Positions 7,640 to 14,022 of a stretch of 14,022 bases of DNA are shown piece by piece. The notes under the pieces were generated by a model that saw only the letters and a list, made by a program, of their open reading frames with translations, ran no database searches and was not told where the DNA came from. The stretch's first letter is position 1. Each line of letters begins with the position of its first letter. Origin of the DNA: Candidatus Hydrogenedentota bacterium (GTDB taxonomy: Bacteria > Hydrogenedentota > Hydrogenedentia > Hydrogenedentales > SLHB01); the NCBI GenBank assembly GCA_029974275.1, contig JARKSN010000079.1, positions 1 through 14,022 of the forward strand. Reading direction: 5' to 3'. The position numbers and the translations under genes were made by a program.

Positions 7640-8083
7640 TCAGGTCGGCGCTTTCCCCAAGCGGAATAGCATGGCCAGCAACGCCAACACGGCCCAGAGA
7701 AAGATGCCTGTTCCAATGCCGGCAAAGGCGTAGGCCCACCAGGGCGGAGGTCGGCGCGCGGCCAAGGCGTCGGATGCGGCGGCCGCGCGGTCGGCAGGGA
7801 GCATGGGCTCGTCCGGTTCGGCATCCGCAACCAGATCGGCGGTTGCGTCGGAGATGTCGTCGGGCAGTTCGGCGAGTTCGTCCAGAACGCGCAGGGCGTC
7901 TTCAACTTCGGATTCGGGCACTTGCAGCTCGATGGGGATGGTGATCGCGGCAAAGCCTATGTAGGCGCCCGCGAGTTCGTTTTTGAGAAAAACCTGAAAA
8001 CCGTTTTCTTCCAGCACGCCTCGGCAAAACCCGGCCTGAACCGAGTTCATGAAGGTTCGGATCGTCACCAATGCCTCGCTCAT
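7640..8083 (-). CDS. DUF2007-like (putative signal-transducing, PII-like fold) protein with acidic linker and C-terminal transmembrane helix
   Basis: N-terminal LVTIRTF..SVQAGFCRGVLEENGFQVFLKNE...IELQVPESEVEDALRVL pattern. Hydrophobic C-terminus WWAYAFAGIGTGIFLWAVLALLAMLF. SD GAGGAG at 8092-8097. Confidence 0.75.
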   Translation of the reverse strand: MSEALVTIRTFMNSVQAGFCRGVLEENGFQVFLKNELAGAYIGFAAITIPIELQVPESEVEDALRVLDELAELPDDISDATADLVADAEPDEPMLPADRAAAASDALAARRPPPWWAYAFAGIGTGIFLWAVLALLAMLFRLGKAPT

Positions 8084-8098
8084 GGCGGCTTCTCCTCG

Positions 8099-8509
8099 CT
8101 ATACGTCCAGCACGATGTTGGCGATCCAGCGGCCTTCGTGTCGCCGAACTTCGCAGCCGTGGTACGTGGCGGCTTTCACTTCGGCTGCACGATCGTCGGG
8201 CGAGCACAAGCAGCCTTCCAACTCGATATCGTAGCCGCCTTCCGTGCGCGGCGCGATGGTGAACAGATCGGCGACGAAGTGTTCCGTGTCGAGCAGGTAG
8301 ATGAGGTCTTGCAAAAACCGGACCATGTATTCTTCGTGCGCGCGCGGCCCCGCGAGTTCGAGAACGCGACGCTCATTGCCGTGGCCTTCGTCGCGGACGA
8401 GCGCGACGGCATACAACGCCTGCGCGGCCGCAATGAGGAGTTCCTCGAAGGAATCCGCCTCGCATTCGTAGCGGATGTCGGCGGTGTGATTGTGAAAACT
8501 ATACTCCAC
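8099..8509 (-). CDS. Archease family protein (136 aa)
   Basis: Conserved archease motifs: N-terminal HTADI, EVKAATYHG and terminal IVLDV. The GTG start overlaps the end of the upstream radical SAM gene by 11 nt. Confidence 0.92.
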   Translation of the reverse strand: MEYSFHNHTADIRYECEADSFEELLIAAAQALYAVALVRDEGHGNERRVLELAGPRAHEEYMVRFLQDLIYLLDTEHFVADLFTIAPRTEGGYDIELEGCLCSPDDRAAEVKAATYHGCEVRRHEGRWIANIVLDV

Positions 8510-10634
8510 GTTGCCCCGTACGCCTCAGGCGCGGTTTTGTCAAGAAATGCCATAGGAATCGAACGCCGACGACGAATTCAAACAGCAACGCCTTGGGGAA
8601 TTGGATCAGGTCGATGCCCCACACGCGTCCGCTTTTGATCCGCTCGAAAAGATCGCTTCGAAACGCATTGAATTGGCGCTGGCGCGCGACATATCGGATG
8701 ACCATGTTCTCGTACCAGGCGACCAGGTTTTCGCTGATGTACTGTTCCGCCTTGATGACGCGCTCCCACGACGGGGTCCGCATGTCGAGCATGCGCACGT
8801 ACGCGTCGATCTCGGCGGCTTTTGCGGTCAGGCGTTTGCGCATGCGAGCGCTCATGACGTGCGAGTTCGCGCTCAACGCGCGCAACCGCTCCGAGGCTGC
8901 GTGCAGCATCGCGCGCACGTCCCGCATGGCCATGTCGCAGCGCCCTCCCAGATCGCTCTCCATCACGCGATGCCGCATGTCGGCGAACTTCGCGCGCAGA
9001 TCCGCCAAGGTGCGCCAGCGGGGATCGTCGGTTTTGTGCGTCAGCAGCCAGATTTCCTGGAATTCGAAGAATATCTTCGCGTAGGTCTTGGCGCCCCAGG
9101 CGATGTCTTTGGCGCGACGCCATGCATATCGCAGCATGTTTTCGCGCGGGAACGTGGGGCGCCGCGTCGATCGCTCCTTGAGGCGCATCAAGCCCGTGAC
9201 CATGGGGTGGGAGTGCGCCACGGTGCAATAGCGGTACCAGATGTACGTGACGAACATCTTCCAGTAGAGGCTTTTGGGGGTGCGCAGCAGCGCCGTGACG
9301 ATGGCCTCCTTGTTATACATCGCGTCCCAGGCTTCGTAGTAGGCCGCGCGCCATTCGCCGGGGGCGAAGTTCGGATGGCGGTAGGTCTCGTGGAAGCTAT
9401 CGAGACTATTGAGGTCGGCGTCGATCGGGACGCGCTTTTTGACCATGCGTTTGTGATCGAGCGATCCCGGCAGAGGCGTGACCATGAAGAACGACGCCAT
9501 GTCCGCTTTGACGTTGTCGCGCAACATGAGCACGTTCTGGCGGACCGATTCCGGCGTGTCGAAGGGAAGGCCGATCATGTAGGCGGCATGGACGACGACT
9601 TCGGCGGCGCGCCATGCTTCGACCATGCTCGCGAATTCGTCGACCTTGTTCTGGGCTTTGCCTGTCGCAACGACGTTTTCGGGGTTGATGGTCTCGATGC
9701 CGATGAATACGAGGTAACACCCGGCCTTCGAGGCTTTCTCGACGAAACCGGGGATGAGGTAGGCCTGGGTGTCGACTTGCATCATGAATTGCACGTGGAT
9801 GCCGCGCGCGCGCAGATCGATAAGACCGTTCAACACGGGCTCCCAGACGGGACTGCGCGCGAAATTGTCGTCGGTGAAGAAATAGAACGTGATGCCGCGC
9901 GCGAAATTGTCCTCGATGCTGCGCAGGATGCACGCGGCGCTTCGGCTGCGCATCGTGCGGCCTTGCACGTTGATGACCGTGCAGAACGAGCAGCCGTATG
10001 GGCAGCCGCGGCTCGTGTCGATCGTGCCCATGTCTTGGAAGACGAAATGCTTGAGGTAGTCGGTGTCGGGTTGTGGCACGGCGGCATGCTCGAGCGAAGG
10101 CAGCTCGCCCACTTCGTACAGCGGCTTCATTTCGCCCATCAGGGCATCCCGCAAAAAGCCCTCCATGAAGCCTGGCGCTTCGGCTTCGCCTCGCACCAGC
10201 GACACGCCCTGATCGAGCAAATGCTGCAACTCGGGCGAGGGCGCGTCGAACATGGCCAGCACGCCGCTGACGTGAAAGCCGCCCACGGCCACTTGAATGC
10301 CTTCGGCGCGCAGTTTCAGGGCGAAATCGGTCGCGCGCGGGAACTGGTTGCTTTGTACGCCCACGATGCCGACGAGCAACTGGCTGTCCCGGTCGCGACG
10401 GCTGCTTTTGATAATGCGGGCAAGCGGCACGGCCTGCACCGTGTCGTCGTAGGTTTCCACGTCAACCACGGTGTCTGGCCCGAGCGCGCCCGAGCGGGCC
10501 GCGTCTTCGGTCAGGGTCTTCAGCGTGCACAGGGTGTTTGAAGGCAGGACGCCGCGCCAATAGCGCAGCACATACCCGTCGTCGTCGTAGCGGGACGGCA
10601 GGATATAGATTACTTTGAGTTTTCGCAAGGCCAT
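8499..10634 (-). CDS. Radical SAM protein with N-terminal B12-binding-like domain and long helical C-terminal extension (711 aa)
   Basis: CxxxCxxC motif RGCPYGCSFC (9981-10004), plus FFTDDNF, VFIGIET, YMIGLPFDT and TPLPGS. N-terminal Rossmann-like segment VGIVGVQSNQFPRA...VAVGGFHVS. SD GAGGAG lies 9 nt before ATG 10634, preferred over the track start at 10718. Confidence 0.9.
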   Translation of the reverse strand: MALRKLKVIYILPSRYDDDGYVLRYWRGVLPSNTLCTLKTLTEDAARSGALGPDTVVDVETYDDTVQAVPLARIIKSSRRDRDSQLLVGIVGVQSNQFPRATDFALKLRAEGIQVAVGGFHVSGVLAMFDAPSPELQHLLDQGVSLVRGEAEAPGFMEGFLRDALMGEMKPLYEVGELPSLEHAAVPQPDTDYLKHFVFQDMGTIDTSRGCPYGCSFCTVINVQGRTMRSRSAACILRSIEDNFARGITFYFFTDDNFARSPVWEPVLNGLIDLRARGIHVQFMMQVDTQAYLIPGFVEKASKAGCYLVFIGIETINPENVVATGKAQNKVDEFASMVEAWRAAEVVVHAAYMIGLPFDTPESVRQNVLMLRDNVKADMASFFMVTPLPGSLDHKRMVKKRVPIDADLNSLDSFHETYRHPNFAPGEWRAAYYEAWDAMYNKEAIVTALLRTPKSLYWKMFVTYIWYRYCTVAHSHPMVTGLMRLKERSTRRPTFPRENMLRYAWRRAKDIAWGAKTYAKIFFEFQEIWLLTHKTDDPRWRTLADLRAKFADMRHRVMESDLGGRCDMAMRDVRAMLHAASERLRALSANSHVMSARMRKRLTAKAAEIDAYVRMLDMRTPSWERVIKAEQYISENLVAWYENMVIRYVARQRQFNAFRSDLFERIKSGRVWGIDLIQFPKALLFEFVVGVRFLWHFLTKPRLRRTGQRGV

Positions 10635-10683
10635 GATGCATGACTCCTCAGCGCCTGCGGCGCACAGGTCGCCTATTCTGGGA

Positions 10684-10692
10684 ATTGTAACA
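10684..10692 (-). promoter_or_regulatory. Extended -10 promoter candidate for the radical SAM-archease-DUF2007 operon
   Basis: Minus strand TG-T-TACAAT about 50 nt upstream of ATG 10634. There is no -35 at canonical spacing. Confidence 0.55.
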
Positions 10693-10736
10693 CGATTGCG
10701 TCGGCATATGGTAGGCAATGGAGCAAGCGTCTGCCT

Positions 10737-11306
10737 TCAGCGGTCTTCGCTCGCCGCCACGAGGGCTTCGCGCAACTCTCGCAACGACGGCAGCGTCGCG
10801 TCCACGTCATCAAGGCCGGCGCCAATCCAATGGAGAACGCTTTCCATGACATGCCGCCGCCATCGCACGGCGGGCCGCGAAATTTCATCGCGCAGATACT
10901 GAACATCCCGCAGCAGGCGGCATCGCTCTTCGCCATCCAGCGGCGCGTAGTCGGCTTCGTTCACGAGTCGCTCCATCAACGCCGGCACGGAGGCCAACGC
11001 CGCCTCCGTCTCGCCAGGGGCGGGCGGAAACCGGAGGTTGAACTCGAAGGCGTTCTCGACGATGTCGATGCCGTTCGCCGTGATGCGGGCCACGGCGAAC
11101 ATGGGCGGATTGTACCCCATCATCAGCTCGATGAAGCCCCGGTCGTGCAAATAATAGGCATTGCTCAAGAGTTCATGCCGCGTCAGCCCTTCGACCCCGT
11201 CCAAAAAATCCTCGGGCGTGAGCATGTCGTTCGGATCCTGCATGAACCGATCGTACAGAAGTTGCAGCAGCCGCCGGCGTATGGTCTTGGCATGAAGCGC
11301 GCTCAT
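10737..11306 (-). CDS. Hypothetical protein with probable N-terminal winged helix-turn-helix and helical C-terminal domain (189 aa)
   Basis: A natural-looking ORF that fills the gap between the radical SAM gene and truA. The pattern RRRLLQLLY...ELLSNAYYLHDRGFIEL...ARITANGIDIVE is typical of wHTH folds. The fold is an inference. Confidence 0.75.
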   Translation of the reverse strand: MSALHAKTIRRRLLQLLYDRFMQDPNDMLTPEDFLDGVEGLTRHELLSNAYYLHDRGFIELMMGYNPPMFAVARITANGIDIVENAFEFNLRFPPAPGETEAALASVPALMERLVNEADYAPLDGEERCRLLRDVQYLRDEISRPAVRWRRHVMESVLHWIGAGLDDVDATLPSLRELREALVAASEDR

Positions 11307-11312
11307 GACCAG

Positions 11313-11321
11313 AGTATACCA
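11313..11321 (-). promoter_or_regulatory. Extended -10 promoter, leaderless geometry, for the wHTH gene
   Basis: Minus strand TG-G-TATACT, 6 nt, then ATG 11306. No SD. Confidence 0.65.
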
Positions 11322-11353
11322 GGATGGCGCGAAAGAAACCCTCTTTCGGGCCT

Positions 11354-11382
11354 TTGCGTTCGGATCCGCAGGGCGCTAGAAT
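11354..11382 (+). promoter_or_regulatory. Sigma70 promoter, leaderless geometry, for truA
   Basis: TTGCGT (11354-11359), 17-nt spacer, TAGAAT (11377-11382), 6 nt, then ATG 11389. No SD. Confidence 0.7.
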
Positions 11383-11388
11383 CGCCGC

Positions 11389-12159
11389 ATGAACCTCGCG
11401 TCGCTTCATTGCAAAGCTATCGTCCGGTACGACGGGGTCGGTTTCTCGGGGTGGCAGGCGCAACCGGGACGACGCACCGTGCAGGGGGTGATCGAGGGAG
11501 CGCTGAGCCGGATTGCGGCGGAACGCGTTCGGATTCACGGGGCGGGCCGGACGGACGCCGGGGTGCATGCGCTGGGGCAGGTGTTCTCGTTCGCCTGGCC
11601 GGGCCGCATGCCGCTCGACACATTGCAGTATGCGTTGTGCCGGATGCTCGGGCCGGAAATTCGCATCGAGTCGATGGAAACGGTTTCGCCGGCGTTTCAT
11701 GCACGAAAATCGGCGCGCGCGAAACGGTACGCGTATTGTCTTGAACTCGCGCGATCGCCCGATCCGTTTTCGGCGCGTTATGCGTGGTGCGTGCCGCCCG
11801 ACCTCGACCTGACGCGTCTTGCCGGGCTCGCGCAACGGTTGGCGGGCACGCACGATTTTGCCGGGTTCCAGGGGGGGAAGTCGTCCGTCCAAAACACCGT
11901 GCGCACGCTTCATTCGATGGAATTGCTTCGAGGCGGGGTGATGAGGCCGCTGGACGCCGCGACGCTGTGGCGGCTGGAGTTCCACGGCAACGGTTTCTTG
12001 TACAAAATGGTCCGCAATATCACCGCGACGCTTGTCGATATTGCCCGGGGCGCATTGCCCGAATCGCGGCTCGACGAACGGCTGCGCGCCCCGGCCCCAT
12101 TTCTCGGCCGCACGGCCCCCGGTCATGGCCTTTTCCTGCTGGACGTTTCCTACGATTGA
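11389..12159 (+). CDS. truA: tRNA pseudouridine(38-40) synthase TruA
   Basis: YDGVGFSGWQAQ, TVQG, catalytic GAGRTDAGVHALGQV, FHARKSA, GTHDF, GNGFLYKMVRNI and TAPGHGLFL..VSY. Confidence 0.97.
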   Translation: MNLASLHCKAIVRYDGVGFSGWQAQPGRRTVQGVIEGALSRIAAERVRIHGAGRTDAGVHALGQVFSFAWPGRMPLDTLQYALCRMLGPEIRIESMETVSPAFHARKSARAKRYAYCLELARSPDPFSARYAWCVPPDLDLTRLAGLAQRLAGTHDFAGFQGGKSSVQNTVRTLHSMELLRGGVMRPLDAATLWRLEFHGNGFLYKMVRNITATLVDIARGALPESRLDERLRAPAPFLGRTAPGHGLFLLDVSYD

Positions 12160-12165
12160 CGCCGT

Positions 12166-13188
12166 CTACAGGATCAGCATCGCGTCGCCGTAGGAATAGA
12201 ACCGGAACTCCTCGCGAATGGCGTATTGGTATGCTTCGCGGACGAGATCGGTCCCCGCGAACGCACAGACGAGGGCCAGCAGACTTGAGCGGGGCAGGTG
12301 GAAGTTCGTCTGCAACGCGTCGATGGCATGTACCCGGTGCGGCGGGTGGATAAAACAATTCGTGGAGCCAGCGCCGGGAACGTATAGTCCGCCGCGATGC
12401 TGCGTTTCGAGCACGCGTGTGGCCGTGGTGCCGACGGCGATGATGCGACCGCCCGTGCGGCGGGTTTCCGTCAGCGTCGCGGCGGTTTCCTCGGGAAGAT
12501 CGAAGTCCTCGGATTCCAGTTGGTGGTCCTCGACGCGTTCGGTCTGGATAGGCCGGAAGGTGCCGTATCCGACGTGCAACGTCAAAAACGCGCGTCGCAC
12601 GCCTGCCGCGTCGAGCGAGGCGAACACCTCCGGCGTGAAATGCAATCCGGCCGTGGGCGCGGCCACGGAACCCGGCGTGTGAGCGTAGACGGTCTGGTAG
12701 CGGGTCAGATCGCTCGCGTCGGGGCCATCGCGCTGGATATACGGCGGCAAGGGAACTTCGCCGCACGCTTCGAGCATCCGTATCACGTCAGGAACGTCGA
12801 AGCGCACCGTGCGCCGTCCGCCCGGCAACACGTCTCCGATGGCGATCCGGATATCCGAGCCGACGGTGACGACGGTTCCGGGCTTGACGCGGGCCGAGGG
12901 GCGCACCAGCGCGCTCCACACGCCCGGCGTCTCTTCGTGCAGCAGGAATACCTCGACCTGTCCACCGGTGTCTTTCCGCGCGCGCAATCGAGCCCGAATC
13001 ACCCGGGTTTCGTTCAGCGCCATGCAGTCGCCGACGCGCAAGAACGACGCGATCTCGCGAAAGACGGCGGGGCGCATCGATCCTGTGGCGCGGTCCACGA
13101 CCAGCAGACGCGACGCGTCGCGCCGGTCGGACGGATGCTGTGCGATCAGGCGCTCGGGCAGCGCGTAGTCCAGTTCACGAATGTCCAT
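12166..13188 (-). CDS. queA: S-adenosylmethionine:tRNA ribosyltransferase-isomerase QueA (340 aa)
   Basis: DYALPERLIAQHP, SRLLV, PLPPYI, RYQTVYA, GSVAAPTAGLHFT, TLHVGYGTFRP, AVGTT, TNFHLPRSSLL and FYSYGDAMLI. Start placed at ATG 13188 (MDIRELDY), matching the usual QueA N-terminus. Confidence 0.98.
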   Translation of the reverse strand: MDIRELDYALPERLIAQHPSDRRDASRLLVVDRATGSMRPAVFREIASFLRVGDCMALNETRVIRARLRARKDTGGQVEVFLLHEETPGVWSALVRPSARVKPGTVVTVGSDIRIAIGDVLPGGRRTVRFDVPDVIRMLEACGEVPLPPYIQRDGPDASDLTRYQTVYAHTPGSVAAPTAGLHFTPEVFASLDAAGVRRAFLTLHVGYGTFRPIQTERVEDHQLESEDFDLPEETAATLTETRRTGGRIIAVGTTATRVLETQHRGGLYVPGAGSTNCFIHPPHRVHAIDALQTNFHLPRSSLLALVCAFAGTDLVREAYQYAIREEFRFYSYGDAMLIL

Positions 13189-13196
13189 GGCCGCAC

Positions 13197-13224
13197 ACGA
13201 TACCATGCGGGCGGGTTCTCGCAA
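13197..13224 (-). promoter_or_regulatory. Putative promoter for queA, leaderless or near-leaderless geometry
   Basis: Minus strand TTGCGA (13224-13219), 16-nt spacer ending in TG-G, TATCGT (13202-13197), 8 nt, then ATG 13188. No SD. Confidence 0.55.
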
Positions 13225-13230
13225 CAGCCG

Positions 13231-13256
13231 GGCGCGCTTGCCTTGGAAAGCGCGCC
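13231..13256. terminator. Stem-loop between the DUF4097 gene and queA (terminator or REP-like element)
   Basis: A 9-bp perfect stem, GGCGCGCTT (13231-13239) / AAGCGCGCC (13248-13256), with an 8-nt loop, about 14 nt after the DUF4097 stop. The U-tract on the minus strand is weak. Confidence 0.45.
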
Positions 13257-13270
13257 GGTTTGGGGGCGTT

Positions 13271-14022
13271 TCAGTCGATGAATACGTCGCCGTCCTGCGT
13301 GAAAAGGGTGATGGCGTAGCGTCCGTTGTTCATTTTTCCTTGGAACCGGCGCGTGTCTTCCAGGATGCTTCCCTGGAGTGACAGCGCGCGCGGACGAACT
13401 TCGCCGTTGCGGGCGGTGATGACGAACGCGGCGTCGGAAAAGGGCCCGGCCAGAAGGCGCAAATTCCCTTGTTCCACGCCGATATCGCAGTCGCCGCGAA
13501 TGCCGTCGATCGCGAGTACGCGCACATCGCCGCCGCGTTGGCGCGCCCACACTTCTCCTTGCGGCGCGTCAACGATGATGCTGCCTTGTTCGCACCGCAG
13601 CGTTTGACGTCCGTACACCATGCGCGTGCCGAGCGCGCCTTGGCTTGTTTGCGCCGTGACGGGTCCCGCGCAATCCAGGATGTCGATATCGCCTTTGCGA
13701 TTCACGATGACGAGTTCTCCTTTGACGGACTCGGCGGTCACGGCGCCTTCCGTCTGCTCGATCGCGACGGGACCTCCCAAGCCCGCGACGGATGTCCGGC
13801 CGCTTTGCGCGACCACCGAAAGCCGGGCCGTTCTGGGGCATTGGACGGTCACGTCCACGCTGTAATGCCGGCATCCGAGCGACGCCATGTCGTCGCGCAC
13901 TTCGGTGGTTACATGGATGCCGTCCTCGCGCGGCGTGAGCGTTGCCGTCAATGCCTCGAGGGCTGCACGCACGTTGCCGTTCGCCTCCATGTGCGCCACG
14001 GGCCGTGCGCGAACCGTCAGAC
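13271..14022 (-). CDS. DUF4097 (putative adhesin) beta-strand-repeat protein; 5'-truncated at window edge
   Basis: Repeated pattern SVDVTVQCP..LSVVAQSGRTSV..IEQTEGAVTA..IVNRKGDIDI..AQTSQGAL, ending ITLFTQDGDVFID. The frame stays open from 13999 to the window end. Confidence 0.8.
   Translation of the reverse strand, partial: LTVRARPVAHMEANGNVRAALEALTATLTPREDGIHVTTEVRDDMASLGCRHYSVDVTVQCPRTARLSVVAQSGRTSVAGLGGPVAIEQTEGAVTAESVKGELVIVNRKGDIDILDCAGPVTAQTSQGALGTRMVYGRQTLRCEQGSIIVDAPQGEVWARQRGGDVRVLAIDGIRGDCDIGVEQGNLRLLAGPFSDAAFVITARNGEVRPRALSLQGSILEDTRRFQGKMNNGRYAITLFTQDGDVFID

Noticed and set aside
8601..10541. 646-aa plus-strand ORF
   Set aside because: Antisense shadow of the radical SAM gene. 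The same applies to 4523-5392, 10830-11744, 11173-12126, 12397-13281 and other Arg/Pro-rich overlapping ORFs.
8499..10634. Assigning the radical SAM as hpnP/hpnR/bchE or miaB/rimO
   Set aside because: There is no hopanoid or chlorophyll gene context, and I see no UPF0004/TRAM architecture. A specific function cannot be supported.

Overview
GC-rich bacterial chromosomal window that is mostly ordinary and densely coding. In order it holds: a secreted M6 (immune inhibitor A-like) metalloprotease with FN3 and tandem Ig-like (DUF5011-type) repeats (- strand, truncated at the left edge, missing from the ORF track); an ~880-bp intergenic stretch with a possible frameshifted ORF remnant; HU (+); a secreted GH-A/DUF4832 glycoside hydrolase (-); a class I SAM methyltransferase (-); a Gfo/Idh/MocA oxidoreductase (+); an apparent operon of B12-binding-type radical SAM, archease and a DUF2007 membrane protein (-); a winged-helix hypothetical protein (-); truA (+); queA (-); and a DUF4097 protein (-, truncated at the right edge). 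I found no CRISPR array, tRNA/rRNA gene, transposase or phage module, and no clear-cut novel system. The best leads are (i) archease overlapping a radical SAM gene, with no rtcB in the window, next to truA/queA; (ii) three neighbouring genes with leaderless-type promoter geometry; (iii) an FN3 domain apparently split by an inserted ~165-aa domain; and (iv) the unexplained 3.0-3.6 kb region. All family assignments come from motif recognition by eye, not from database searches.
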